Under the pieces are notes generated by a model. That model ran no database searches. It was not told the origin of the DNA and saw only the letters and a program-made list of their open reading frames with translations. Below are positions 1-14,766 of a stretch of DNA of 64,000 nucleotides, piece by piece. Location: positions 19,160,001-19,224,000 of the forward strand of contig NC_087252.1 of assembly GCF_037042905.1 (NCBI RefSeq), read 5' to 3'. Origin of the DNA: Lytechinus pictus. Lineage: Eukaryota. Position 1 is the first letter of the stretch. Each line of letters starts with the position of its first letter. Position numbers and translations under genes: made by a program.

Positions 1-377
1 ATTTTTCTTTCTGTTTAGTAGTAAATAATACAAATTCCCTTCCTCTCAACTCAGACTCAACGACACACATAGAGAGAGACAGAGAGAGAGGGGGAGGGAG
101 GGAGGGGGAGAGAGAGTCAATGTAAAAGTGGGCAGATGAGAAAATCCAAGAGCCGCGAAAGTAAGAATGTGAGTCAAGACGCCAGGGAGGTGCGGGGATA
201 TTTGGGGAAGGATGGACAGAAGGAAAATGAATACGGAGCCGTATCACTTCATATACCCCTATAAATCTATTTGGAAAAAAAAGCTACGGCGTCACCTTCA
301 ATGTCATCTTGCCCAAGCCCCCGCCCCCTCCCCCTCCCCTCCAAGCATGCTGGCACCCTGATCAGAAACATCTATAC

Positions 378-549
378 CTTGGTAGGTCGGGTGTTTCTTC
401 TGATAAGGCTTCACTCTCTTCACTTTCATGGTATCTCGTCCGTGGTCTTCGATCAACTCGGTCGATGTCGTCGTCCTGATCAACATCATGACGTAGACGA
501 TGAAGACGAGGCACAGGACCACTTGACCTTTGTACGTTGAAGAGATCAT
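378..549 (-). CDS. Putative first coding exon of an unidentified secreted/membrane protein (continues off the left edge or ends at 304 if unspliced)
   Basis: ATG at 549 reads MISSTYKGQVVLCLVFIVYVMMLIRTTTS (signal-peptide-like hydrophobic core) then TELIEDHGRDTMKVKRVKPYQKKHPTYQ. Candidate donor AAG|gtatag at 377 and pyrimidine-rich acceptor ttttcttag at 667. No recognisable homology. Confidence 0.35.
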
Positions 550-1690
550 GCTGAGCAATGATGTATATACGGGGATTAACGTGGATAATCCAACTTTTGC
601 AGGTCCTGTTTTTGTCTAATCCTGTTTTAAACAAAGTGTACATGACACGCTAGCAATGTGTTTCCTCTAAGAAAATAAATATAAATAGTGTATATTGTTT
701 TATTCATTTGGAACAATGCAGACAGCTATTCTGGGGTTGGGGGTTTTAGAGTAGATGATTCTATTTCGCTTTGTCTCGTCATTTGGCCAAACTTTCTGTC
801 CGCTAAAAGTTAGTAAATATACAAGTAGATTCAGGAAATTGATAGTTAAATGAATAGGTCCTATTTTTGAATAATACATAAGTAAATGAATTGATAAATG
901 TATGAAATAACAAATAACTATGTAAATATACAATTATTGATGATACATAGATAATTTGGAAAGTCAACAAATAAATGAATGAATAAGAATAAACAAATCA
1001 ATAAAAGAATTAATAGACGAATAAATAACTAAATAAACAAATAAATATATGAATGAATAAATAAATAGATAGAAAAGTGAATAAATAGATAAATAAATAA
1101 GTGAACAAATAAATCAATAAATCGAACGACAAACAAATTGCTAGATGATTTTAACATAAATAAACCAATTGGTAAATCAAAAGAAGGATGGAAATAGATG
1201 GGTGAATGGATGGGTAGATGGTTGAAGGAATGAACAAACACAAAAAATGAATTAATCATTGATAATCAAGGAATAATTGAATAAAGGATATCAAAATTGA
1301 AGAATAAATTACAGACTTTCATTATATACAGATAGATAAATAACGATATGAACCAAGATGAAATAAATTCATGAATAAATGAATAGATTTATAACGCACT
1401 AAGCGCTGGAAGGCAGCTCGAGCTAAAGCTGAGGTATGCCTTTTCAAAATAGTGCCCCTCGTAGCAGCTCATTTCTAGACAGATGGTGATATATAATAAT
1501 AATAATGTAGGAGCTATATTTTGTATTTTATCAGCTCTAGTATACGCGGGTTCTTCCAACACAGAACAAGGACAGATGAAGAGGTAGATGTTGCTGGTTT
1601 GAAGGTCTGTGCTCAACTTGTAACCAAAACTGAAATGAACAAACAAAATTGCGATAAACTTGAATAATGTACAAACTAGTTCCCCACAGT

Positions 1691-1965
1691 AATAATAATA
1701 ATAATAATAGCTGGATTTATAAAGCTCTTTTTGCCTGAGGATACAAAGTGCTGCTATTATCACCTCGGCTTTAGCTCAAGCTACCATCACCGGCGCTCAG
1801 TGCATTCAAGGAAATAATCCTGCTGGGTATTCACCTCACCTGGGTCGAGTGCAGCACATTGTGGATAATTTTTCTGCTGAACGAAAACACACCATGGCTA
1901 GGATTCGAACCCACGACCCTCTGTTTGAAAGGTGAGAGTCAGAACCCTTAGACCACGGCGCGCGC
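1691..1965 (-). mobile_element. tRNA-derived SINE, near full length
   Basis: Minus strand shows A box TGGTCTAAGGG, B box GGTTCGAATCC, body GCTGCACTCGACCCAGGTGAGGTGAAT shared with other copies in the window, and an (ATT)n tail. Confidence 0.85.
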
Positions 1966-1983
1966 CCATATAAATGTCTATCA

Positions 1984-2262
<279 letters not shown>

Positions 2263-4182
2263 ATATCCCTTTCAAAATCTCATACGCACCTTTTTTTCTC
2301 GATGTTTGTAGATGAGCCATTTAAGAAACATGCGTCATAACAACTCCTTTTACGACTCCTTTGGAGAGCAGTCCTTAAACATGCATTTTGGAGTAATGTT
2401 ACATTGGAGGATTATTGATCCGAATTTCCAAAACGATTACAAAGATTTGCAATAGCCTAAACTACTTTGCCATTATGTCACTAAGTTCTTTATAAAGCCT
2501 TGATACATGTACACCATATATGATAAGACAGTGATATCCCCCTCTCGATCCCACTCCCTTCCGTTCCCTCCCTCCCCCAGGCCTCTCCCTCCCTATCCCT
2601 CTCCCTCTCTCTACCACCTAAACCCACTTATATTCCCTATCACATCCCTCTCTCTCTTCCTCTTTCTGTCCCGGCTCTGTCACTGCGTTTAAATGTCCTA
2701 ACACCAAATGCCAGATATCATTCATCTTTCCACTACATGCCTAGCTAAAGGTTCCCAATGTTTTTCTTACAGATTCTAAGTACATTTACCCGTTAAAATC
2801 GGGAAATTGAATACGAATGAATGAAACAATTTTACGGATATTATGTGACGAAAGAACAGTGTACTATATATATCTCGTATTCGTTTCCATTTCTATTTTA
2901 AAGGGGATCGTAAACTGCAAACCCACTAGCGGATAAATACCAAAGGAGCTGTGAACCAGCTCAACTGAATACATACATATTTTATATAAAATCTGCGATT
3001 TGCATATCTTATACTTAGGTTCCGAGGGCGATCCCTAGGGACGAGGGGGGATGCCCCTCGAATTTATAAGGGCCTATATATACGAGAGCCTCGCCATCTT
3101 GCCCCAGTCCCTCTAAAATTTCAAGAAATCTTACGAAATTTCCACGCATATAGGCCTACTTGGCATCATTAGATTTGAAATACAAAAATATTGACTTGAA
3201 CATATGATTATTCCATGCAGACGCAAGTATTGTTTGTTTGTTTGTTTGTTTGCTTGCTTGCTTGCTTGCTCGCTTTTATTTCGGCGTTCAGAACAATACA
3301 ATGACTGATATAAAATGTTTTTGCATAGTAATGTACAAAATATTCCATAATGCAAAATAGTCATATTACATATATGGATACAAAATGAAAATGTGAGCCT
3401 ATCACTTTTACATTATATTTCATAACAAAATTATTTATTTATTTATTTATTTATTCATGTTTTATTTATAACAAATTATAAAATAAGGTGGAGGGTAGTT
3501 CGATTCAGTTATAAAACTGCTTTACAACGAAGAACAGTCAGGCAATTAATGCACGCAAGAGACCGCCATAGTAAGCGGTTTTGGGATAAGCTTGAAATTG
3601 ACGGCAGCCCAATTGAAATATAAAAAAACGATTATTATTTGATAGCTAATCTACTTGTAAAGCTTTTTTTTATTACAAAAAAAATCGAATATTGTTGCTT
3701 GTTTATTCATAACGGGTGTTGTTTAGACTTGGAGAGTGAGATAAAATTGGTCAGAAAAGAAAACCTACTAATTATAAAAGGGCGAAGACAGGAGAGGTAG
3801 AAGAGAAAGGCCGAATGCAAATAAGCAGATCCCATTGGCATTTTAATAGGTTAGATTTAGAATGTTGTGTGTTTTCTTTTCGTATGTATAAAAAACTACG
3901 CTTAGTGTTGAGTGCCTGTAGCTCATCTCGTTGCTATGATGTTGAGCAACCGTTGCTAGGGAGGTGATGAAAAGGAGGAATTAAACCGAAAGAACATGAT
4001 TGCGTGTGATACAGTTACATGACCTACTTATCATACAATCAATACAATCTCTTCCATATCGTATTTGTATTACCAATATAATATGGAAGAGTTGGTATTG
4101 AAATTATGATCATGATGATTTTAGAAGAGACCGAGAGAAGAGGCCTGAATATGAAGTGTAGAGTCAGATAACTCGTTGCCAG

Positions 4183-4337
4183 GGGCCTGTTGCATAACAC
4201 TTTTCACCTGGGAAAACTCTGGTAAAAACTGAAAACTAAGGTTAGTCTGATTTCTGCCATTGACTTTAACACAGGGCAAAAATTCCGGTAAAAACAACCT
4301 GAGTTTTCTCAGGTAGAAATGTTTATGCAACGGGCCC
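4183..4337. mobile_element. Harbinger/Tourist-like MITE
   Basis: TIRs GGGCCTGTTGCATAA / TTATGCAACGGGCCC, flanked by a CAG direct repeat. Confidence 0.75.
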
Positions 4338-5624
4338 CAGGTCTTCGATGATCCTATTTGTGCGATGTAAAATAATAATTCGAAAAGAGGGGCAGTTCTC
4401 ACATGTTTTGCATAATAAACATGAGAAACATGTAATTATTTAATTTTTCAACAATAGCATTGATTTGGGTTTTTAAAAATGCTCACTTGCTTTGCTCGCT
4501 CGCAAGTTTGAGAGACCTCTATGCGTTCGAACTAAGTCAAAATCAAGATGACAATTGGTTTTAATCTAAAATGGGTTACAGAATCGCACGTATTTGTTTC
4601 ATTCAGGTTGTTTATATTTCTCGTGATTTTGAATATTTGGTATTACGCGTGGTACAATTATTTATTTTTCCTTGAAAAACATGATTTTGGTTCTGATATA
4701 CAGTAAGGACAATGCAAAATTTTGAATCTGCCAACAATTATTGCAACTATCTTTGAAGTCTCTAAAGGATACCATTATTGATGTTTACTCCAAACTTAAT
4801 AGAAATTGAAAATCCGCAACAGCGATGACATTAGACATGGATTGTAAATGATATATCCCTGTGGATGGATTAACAGTTTGTGTTTTGATAAATGTAACGG
4901 ATTGCAGAAGCAAAGCTAATGATCCCGCATTGGAATAGGGTAAATAATAAATGATAAAGGATGATGGAGATCTATTTTTACAGCGAAAATCCTAGTTTCC
5001 ATTCTCTTGACACAGCCATACCAACGATGCCGATCAAACCTATCGCGATAATTCGAATGGCGTATCATCTGTCGGATTGGAGTCCGATTCAATTTGTGTA
5101 ACTGTGGCCCTATACTCACGCGCTGAGTGGCATTAATGGGTTGTGTAAAAGTTACAAGGGATTTTTTTCCCTCGGAAAAACATGCGTCATTCCCATAAAA
5201 TGAGACTTGAAGACAGGACATAAAATTATTGAAGGGGGAGGATGTTCTTGCACTTTTCTCTATTGGTTCTTTAAAGAATAATGAGTGGGGGCGGTACCCC
5301 CGCCCCGCCCGGTAGGATTTCCAAAGTAGTTTTTTTTTTTAAGGAGGGGGGGAGAGAAAAGGAGGAAAAGGAAGGAAGCGTCTAAACACATTCTTCAACC
5401 GGTCACCGACAGGATGGATGGGTAAAAAATAAATTCAATTTTCCGAATTGACATAAAACAATACAAATTAGCAATTCATGTAATTACATTCGATAGTAGA
5501 ACTGTGAAATAACAGATAAAAAAAGTGTACAAAAAAATAGCGGGGAAGGGTGGCATCATTTATAAGCGAACAAGAGTTTTGAAGTACTAGATCTTCTATT
5601 TTTTCCATATATATCTTTTTGGAA

Positions 5625-5744
5625 GAACCGCGGTATAGCGGTTCTGAATCTCGCCTTGTAATCAGAGGGTCGTGTGTTCGAGACCAGTGGCGTACCTAGG
5701 ATTTTCCACAGGGGGGGCAAAATCGGCCGCCAAAAAAATTGACA

Positions 5745-5775
<31 letters not shown>

Positions 5776-6345
5776 GGTCTTCGATCCGAAATAAAGGTTA
5801 TTGTACCAGAAAAAAAATTGACAAGCCAAAAAAAAAAAATAAATAAAATAAAAAAGTCTTCAATCCGAAATAAAGGTTATTGTACCAGAAAAAAAATTGA
5901 CAAGCAAAAAAAAAGGTCTTCAAGCTCGTCAGGGGGGGGGGCAATAAAGGTCTTCAAGCTCGTCAGGGGGGGCATAAAAGGTCTTTCGAGCTCGTCAGGG
6001 GGGGCAGTGATATGTATTTTGTATGGAGTGTGGCTCGTCAGGGGGGGCAGAGTGCCCCCCCTGCCCCCCCCCCCCCCCCCCGTAGGTACGCTAGTGTTCG
6101 AGACCCACCGCGGCCTAGCGCCCTTTGTGGCGAGGCGTTTGATAATCCACACTTTGCCATATTCCACCCCGGTGCTAAATGGGTACCGGTAGGATAGAAG
6201 ACAATGGAGCTTGTCCAGCATTGTTTGCGCCTCATTGGCGACTGGCTGGAATACTCCCCAGGGAGTGGATGATGAGGCATACGGTGTGTGCGGGCATTGC
6301 TGATTGAATCCGATGGCCTGGGAAATAACACACAATTCTGTACAA
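5625..6345 (+). mobile_element. tRNA-derived SINE split by a hAT-like MITE
   Basis: tRNA-like head GGTATAGCGG...GTTCGAGAC; the body resumes at 6105 with CCACCCCGGTGCTAAATGGGTACC and GGAATACTCCCCAGGGAGTGGA motifs. Confidence 0.7.
5685..6096. mobile_element. hAT-like MITE
   Basis: TIRs CAGTGGCGTACCTA / TAGGTACGCTAGTG with an exact 8-bp TSD TTCGAGAC (5677-5684, 6097-6104); internal tandem repeats. Confidence 0.88.
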
Positions 6346-6705
6346 AGCACATTCCTAATGTAGGCCTATGTCATAACAGCAATACATTATCTTTCCTTCT
6401 CTTTCTACGCATCGCTTTAAATGTCACAGTGGTGGTTGCCCCCTCCTTCCTCCACAATCTTCTCCATTAGTATTGTCAGAGATCCTCGGCCCACTTTGAC
6501 TTCATCATTCATACAATCTTCTCATGTTAGTTGTTAATAATGTGATAGAGTGGTTCGATCGTGAAACATGAATGTCAATACCATGTACTTGTACGCTGTG
6601 TGGGTGTGTATAAAAGCACTGGCGTATATCGCCTTGGGGCCATAAACCTACGAAAAGTTTCACGACTATGAAAAAAAGGTTAATGAAAGGAAAGAAAGGG
6701 GGGGG

Positions 6706-6955
6706 AATAATAATGATATAAGGTATTTGTGAAGCGCACGCGTTAGGTGCTCATGGTGCTCCTAGAATCTACACCGATTATGGTGTTCAGAGTTATTTTT
6801 AAGAAATTACTTCCTGCCTCTATCCATTCACCTCACCTGGGTTGCGCGCAGCACAATGTGGGTTAATTTCTTGCTGAAGGAAAACACACCACGACTAAGA
6901 ATCGAAGCCACGTCCTTAAGATTGAAAGACGTAACCACTAAACCACGACACCCCA
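6706..6955 (-). mobile_element. Degenerate tRNA-derived SINE (same family as 1691-1965)
   Basis: Shared CCTCACCTGGGTTG...CAGCACAATGTGG...TTGCTGAAGGAAAAC body, a decayed B box and an (AAT)n tail. Confidence 0.75.
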
Positions 6956-7929
6956 ACCCCCACAATTGTGAAATGTGGTATAATTTCTTGAATATTATGT
7001 CAAAGTCTATCACAAAATTAGACGTTTCGTATTAAAAAGCTCGAAATATTTGCTCGCTCGCAGAAGTTTATCAATTTCGTCACGTAACCATGTCTGGCCC
7101 CTCAAAATGTCTATCTCATGACACTACTGAATAAATGGAAGCATGACCATGAAGAAGAGACAAATAGTGATACCGTATTTCTGAATATAACGTATCTCTC
7201 TAAATATAACCAGTATAAATTTTCAATTCACTTCGATTCGATCAATGGTTTGTGACGTATTCATCTCTTTCCTGTATCCCGTTTTGTACCCAATAATAGG
7301 CCATGTCGATAGATTATATTGATATTTTTTCTTCTGAGTGCCTTTCATCTCAAGGCCCTTCTTGAAATATATCATAGATTTCTTTTAACGATTGAATTGT
7401 CAAGATATCATCCATGTATGGACGTCAATATAAAACTATGCTACATGTCGCCGCATTTTCTTGTCATTTTTTTTCGATTCAAATGATACGCCTTTAACCG
7501 ATGGGTTAATTAAACAGTTTTATCAAATTTAAAGCGAGCGTATCTGAAACTTCTATTAGGCCTACATTTAATTAAGCCAATTAAGTTGACTTTTAATTGG
7601 ATTGATTTTTTTTTTGGTGAAAAAGAACCCAATTCTCTTAAATCTACCTTCCACCCCCCCCCCCCCCATTATTCTATTTTGATTATGTTGATAAAATCAT
7701 AAGCGGCTGTTTGTGAATAGATATGAATATTATCGAGCACAAATAAAATACAAGGAAATGGTATATTGGAAATTTATTGGGGCATAGAAAAGAAAAGACA
7801 ATGCCTGTTTTCAATGTCTAATGAAAAAATGGTTTGAATGTTTTGGTTGTAAAAGTTTTTTCCAACATGAAATATTAATACACACAGAAAACAGCCATAG
7901 AAAATCAAATTTAAGATTACTTTACTCAC

Positions 7930-8480
7930 CGAGGTCGAAATACGGACAGCCTCGATATATTCCAGTTCCTTTCTTTTATGGTATTTCTAAAAATCTCGTC
8001 GACGACGATGACGACGACGACGATAATTACTAGATAATGTTATCGTATATATGCTTCTTGGTATTTGGGAAAATCACAATGACGATTATAATGAAAATGT
8101 TCTCGACGGCGATGATGATGATGATGACGACGACGACGATGACGAAATGATGCAATTGGGGTCCTTGCTATAGGCTAGCGACAATTACGGCGAGAGGGAC
8201 AAGGACAATGATTGAGAGCTAGGGATGTTGAAGTTGACAACGATGATCGGAAATGATGCGATGCAACGATGATAAAGACGATGAAGCTGGACAACGGTAA
8301 AGGAAGTTTGTCGCTCCAGCGGATCTGAGGGTCTCGATCGATGATGTCGTCTGGAAACCCTTAGCTCTCATTCTTCACCAATCCCAGCTATCAATGAAGA
8401 TTGTTGCGACGCAAAAGTGGACTAAATTAATGAACTTCCAGAATATCATGTAGGCATCCAGTTCTTCACACCAACGAGTT
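7930..8480 (-). other. Putative non-coding 5' exon of the left-edge gene
   Basis: Consensus donor CG|gtgagt at 7929; CpG-rich (TCG/TCA)n sequence with only short ORFs. The 5' end is not determined. Confidence 0.3.
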
Positions 8481-8739
8481 CATAAGAGAAGAGAAAATAA
8501 TATGCTTCTTATCCACCTCCCCCATTGCCAATCTCACAGTACATTTCTTGATTATGCAGGCAAACTAGCTAACTCAGTCTTTAGAGAGTCTATTTCATGC
8601 TTTGTTGGGACTTATAAGCTGATCGATGCCCTTTTTAAAATTGACAGTTTGTCATGATTTGCATGACTTCAGTACGTTAGTGGGTGGGAAAAAGTTATTA
8701 AAATCACTATGCATAGACATGATAGTCAAGACCTATGTA

Positions 8740-8830
8740 CACTTTCCCGGGATTTTTTTTCTCGCGATTGGGAAAAAGGGCGGGAATTACTGGTGTGAAA
8801 ATTGACGTAATTTGGAAACGACGCGGTCAT
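8740..8830 (-). promoter_or_regulatory. Possible promoter-proximal motif cluster
   Basis: ATTGG (CCAAT on minus), GGGCGGGA and TGACGTAA (CRE-like) lie within 90 bp upstream of the putative 5' exon. Motif match only. Confidence 0.2.
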
Positions 8831-9127
8831 GAGCGATAGTGATTATGCTTGACAAGGTGAACGAACTTTTTATGTGTTCACAATAGACATACATTTTTTT
8901 ATCATCTTCTTTTTTTGGGGGGTGCGAGCATTATTGGAATACTGTCGTAAATCGGTGAGCCCGGTGAGAGGGGTTAGGGGAGAGAGCGCAAGGGGGGGGG
9001 GAGAGAGACAGATTGAGAAAGAAAGAGATGGGACAAGTGAATGTATCTATAGTCAATTCTAAAATTATTAATGTTAATCATATTAAAGCAGATAAATATT
9101 ACTAAAAACAGAAATAATAGGTAGATA

Positions 9128-9800
<673 letters not shown>

Positions 9801-10552
9801 AATATAGATAGGGATAGAGAGATTGGGGAAGGGATATCTGCACCTCCCCTCTACCATCGAGCTATCTCCATGCCTCTACATAACTGTGCATCATGACTTT
9901 TTATTACGTGTAAAATGAAAATTTAAAAAAGGATAACTTTCGAACTCATAATATCACTCTGTGATCATCTCATGCCGTGTCATACGAGACATTTTCACAA
10001 ATCTTACATCTTTTTGGCATACAAATAAATTTATATTTTCTTGATTGACTCGGGTTAACTGACCCTCAAGTTATCCCAGAAGGTCACCATCACCAACTTG
10101 AGACTTAACTTGACTCGATTATAATACATACAATATCATTTACAACTAAACTTGAAGTTCCCGTAGCTGTTGTACGGGAAACAAATGTATAATAGAAAAA
10201 AACAAAGATAATTAAAAAAAAACATGGAATAGCCCAATTGCCCAAAAGGATACGCATGCCTATTTAATACGTGTAATGTCAAAGGTGGTTATGTGAAAAC
10301 GGGCCGGGCTGTCGATTGGCCCTGCATAGCTGGCCCGAGGGACCCGTTTCAAACGTTCACTTCCAGGTTAACTGCTTTAACACTTGCCTTCGGCTGAATA
10401 TAATACCATTGTTTGTATATTGTTTTATTGAACATATTGTGATACATAAAATCATACAGGCAGTAGCCAGCTGCTTGTTGTATTTCACAATGTGGATCAT
10501 CTCTTTGTCACTTTCATAATTCATTTCTTTTCATTTTTTGAAGTTCATGCAT

Positions 10553-10810
10553 TCTTGTTGTTGTTCTTCTTCTTCTTCTACTACTCCTTCTTCTTCGTCT
10601 TCTTCTTCTTCTTCTCCTTCTCCTTCTTCTACTACTCCTTCTTCTACTTCTTCTTCTATTTCTTCTTCTTCTTCTTCTCCTCATTCTCCTTCTTATCTAC
10701 CTCCTCCTTCTTCTTCTCTTTTTTTCTTTTTTTTTCCTTCTTCTTCTTCTTCTTAACTCTTCTTCTTCTTCTCCTTCTTATTTATTTATTTATTCATTTA
10801 TTTATTTATT
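10553..10810. repeat. (CTT)n followed by (ATTT)n simple repeat
   Basis: Directly visible. Confidence 0.95.
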
Positions 10811-13179
10811 GCACATATTCAAAAAGGGTACCCAAATCAGCAGCTAGAGACACGGGTTTTCATAAGCCCCTTTGTAAATATACAAAATAACAATATTAAT
10901 ATACACAAACACATAATTATGTCCAACACATATTTTTATATCATAAATAGCAAGACCAGATTTCACATAATATACAAAATCATAGTTTAGATTATATAGT
11001 ACAAAGAACCAAAGATGATAAAGCAAGGCTAAAACTATATGCATAGTGTAGTCTGGAGGTTCTTCTCCTTCTTTCTCTTCTTCTTCTTCTTATTATTATC
11101 ATTATTAGGCATTGGTATTATTAATATTATTATTATTATCACTATCATTATTATCACAAGCTCTTATCTCTTTCCAATTCAACAAACAATTGCAATTACC
11201 TCCGCTTTAATTTAAAAAAGTCCTTATGCTGGCGGTGTAGTACGTCTAAACCCGATCTCACCCGAGACGTGAGCTCAGAGTGCGTCGAACTCCAAGCGGG
11301 CATATCTTAACCCATTTTCGCTAAAAATGCGGTCAAGTAATTTCCCAATAATTGGGCACCCTACAGTAACAAGGAGAGAATTCGAACCGACCTCCTATAC
11401 CAACACTACCCCAATATCTGTGCAGTGGCAGGGGGGGGCGGAAGGAGGGGGGTGATATACGATTGGTAATTGGTGAAACGTGGGTGGGGTGTCCATTGTA
11501 GAGGTGTGGATTTTGAGGAAGTTCCCAAAACCAACGTAATGTTTAGTTGGAATAATATTTTTTTTTTCTTGTTCATGAGGAATGCAGGCTCCAGCAATTT
11601 ATCATATCAGGTGCAGTATCAATTTCGCTTTCTGATGCACCAGTCATCCTCGTCCACCCCACATCTCTCTCTCTCCCCATCTTTCTCTCGCATTGTTTGT
11701 CTGTATCGCTATACTATCAAGATGATTCTCGATCTTACTCACTCCTTATCTATATTACAAGTAACCCCACCCACAATGATAATAATGATAAATAAAAAAA
11801 TACATACATACATAAATTAATAAATAAATAAATGAATGAATGAATAAATAAATACATAAATAAATTAATTGATCAATTAATTAATAAAAAGGTAAATAAA
11901 TAAACAAACAAAACAAAAAAAAATCCAAGGAGAGAGAAAAAGTGAATTTTCAATTTTTAAATATTTTTATTTCATATTTCAATGTAAAATACATAGGAAC
12001 TGTGTACACAAAATCAGGACATATTACAACATTACAACAGCAATACCCATGATAGGGTACCAACCATATAAATAGAGGCATTATCTACAATAAACCCTGG
12101 AATAAAATTGAGTTAAAATCTAACTCATAACCATGGGAGGGTTAAAAATTATACAAACCGACTACCATGGATAAGCATTCTAATCTAAAATGGTCAAGCC
12201 CAGTACTGGACTAGTCATGCAATATTGATATTTGATTAAAAGTCAGGACAGGAGGAGGGGGGAGGGGGTGCAATAAATTGCGTGTAGATGTAATTCAAAG
12301 CAGTCTGCTTGCTTATATGCAAAACACATGGACGCCAGATATTACTACAAATAATTCAGTCAAATTGGATCTAAGATGGCCGTACGGCGAGTGGAAAGCA
12401 GCCGTTTTAACTTTTTTTTTAACCAGTTACATATAGGTGGTTTGAATGAACATGAATAAAATGGCTGTTTTTGACTCGCAATATGGCCACCGTAGAGGTA
12501 ATGTGACTGAGGTATTAAAGATACCAATCACCCAAAGAGTAACATTATCAATCCTTCTTTGCAGTTTCTAAAGAAAAGTACAAGAAAAATTTGAGTGGGT
12601 AAAATCAAGGTCAACTGACTAGCTTCAAAATTGTCATAGGAAAAAACTTTGAACAGAAAAATTGAATTACAATGGGTTATTTCTATTGTAGGTTGTAAAA
12701 AATATTGCTTGAATTAATGTCAAGCAGCTTCTCACTTTTGTGCTACTTTTACACGATAAAAATTAAGAAAATGTCTTAATGTCGCAGGAACTACTAGACT
12801 GTTCTATGCTTTGGAAAGAGTCAAAAGAAGTCAAACTACTACTGTGCGTCTCTAAATAAAACATAACATGGAATAAACAACAAAGAAAAAAAAAGGACCT
12901 TTGAAAACACTTATCTCAAAACAAGCCAAGAACCCATGGGTAACATGATCACTGAGGCATAAGGTACATAGATAATCAAAAGTGATATTCATAGTTCCGA
13001 AAAAAGACAATCGTTACAAGCTTCATGATTATTTCAATTTTCAGGAAGAATATTCTAAAAGGTCCACTGCAACAAAAAAATTGCTCTTCCATCACACGAC
13101 TCCAAGTACCTAAATGTTTTCACCCTTATTGTGAAATATTCTAACCCTTTGGCCTAAAAATCAAGGAATAGTAAGATAT

Positions 13180-13500
13180 GAGCCCTGTCTTACAAAGAGT
13201 TGCGATAGATCCGATCAACGACAACAAAGGCAAGTCAGCAAAGCCAACATCTAAAATGCATGTTAGTTTAAAATGTTTTCTAGGTATAATGTATATTCAT
13301 ACATTCATCGTTGTCTTGACAATTAAGTGTGTTTCCTTTGTTTACAAATGACATTGTGCAAATTTCCTGTAGGAAAAATATAATATATTATTATTTTATC
13401 AATTTATTACATAAATATAGAATTGAGGTTATGACATTGACGGATTTCCATATAATTGAGGTTGATCGAATCAATCATAACTCTTTGTAGGACGGGACCA
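13180..13500. mobile_element. Harbinger-like MITE (degenerate)
   Basis: Inverted ends GCCCTGTCTTACAAAGAGTT / AACTCTTTGTAGGACGGGACC. Confidence 0.6.
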
Positions 13501-13673
13501 GGATGGTCTTCACTTAGTTATCTGCAACCCTAAACCTAGAAAACTGGTTGAAATTTTAATACAAGTCTTTGTATCCTACACTCACTCATCTCTAAATTGA
13601 TTATAAAGTTATGTTTTCATTGAAAATTCTTTGACAATACTGTGTCTTCTGACATGATTTCAATAAAGCACTA

Positions 13674-13916
13674 CACTGCAAAAACTCCGGTGTTGATTTA
13701 ACACCAGCCAGGAATCTATATATGTCCACACCAGAGAAGTATTGAAACAACACCAGTTTGGAATCAAAACCTATGCTGTTTTAATACTAATTGGTGTTAT
13801 ATAAACACCAATCTGGTGTTAGACCAAAACAAAACTGGTGTTGTTTAACACTTCTCTGGCGTGGATATATATAGATTCCGGGCTGGTTTTAAATCAACAC
13901 CAGAGTTTTTGCAGTG
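13674..13916. mobile_element. Palindromic MITE with CACTGCAAAAA termini
   Basis: Near-perfect inverted arms of roughly 90-100 bp; TA on both flanks. Confidence 0.85.
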
Positions 13917-14158
13917 TACGCAGGTAAGACCATAGAAATACACATCTCATCATGTACAACTGTAAGAGTCATATGCTTTCAAAACTAAGGTAGAGTTCTA
14001 CAGGCAGCAATGTGAAAAAGCAGCAGAAATCAAGCATGATTCGCTTTATACAAGCAGTTAGAGGCACAAGTGACGTTTTGGTATCATTTTGATTGTCTAA
14101 TGGCACAAACAGTATAGGGGTCCATTTCCTCAAGTCTTATCATATTAAGTAATATTAA

Positions 14159-14766
14159 AGGGGAATGAAACCTTTGGAACAAGTTGGCTTGTGTGGTAGC
14201 AGAAACAAAAATCAAAGAATAAGATCAATGAAAGTTTGATAAAGATCAGACTAATAATGAGAAAGTTATGAACATTTGAATATTGCGATCACTAATGCTA
14301 TAGAGATCCTCCCATTGGCAACACGACAAAGATGTGTGACGTCACATGTGAACAACTTTCCCATTGATCGACTTTAGACTACCCCAAAAATGTCTCTTTT
14401 TCTCTTCTGGTGATACAAAATCTTCATCCATAATGTATTCTTAGAAAATTTATATTACATGCTCCCCTATAGAAAGTCAAAGAATACATGATCTACTGAC
14501 AGACGTGATAAAAGAGGCATTTTAAATGAAATATTTACAAAAGTAATGGGAAAGTTGTTGTGATATCACACATCTTTGTCCCATTGCCAATGGGGGGGGG
14601 TCTACATTACAATAATGATCTAAACTTCAAATGCTCATAAACGAATTGAATTGAATTGAATAACTTTCTTATCATTCATTTAATTTTTCGCAAACTTTCG
14701 TTGATCTGTTTCTTTGATTTTTCTGTTTTCGCACAAGCTATCCTGTTCCAAAGGTTTCATTATCCT
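14159..14766. mobile_element. Kolobok-like non-autonomous DNA transposon with long inverted arms
   Basis: TTAA on both flanks; AG-starting TIRs AGGGGAATGAAACCTTTGGAACA / TGTTCCAAAGGTTTCATTATCCT; arms stay complementary for about 200 bp. Confidence 0.8.

Noticed and set aside
1440..1632. Possible extra exon of the left-edge gene (acceptor ttcatttcag near 1630)
   Set aside because: No convincing donor or coding signal, so it cannot be supported without transcripts.
1890..1965. tRNA gene (also 5625-5684 and 34210-34277)
   Set aside because: A/B boxes run directly into SINE bodies and simple-repeat tails, and the cloverleaf acceptor stems are not intact.
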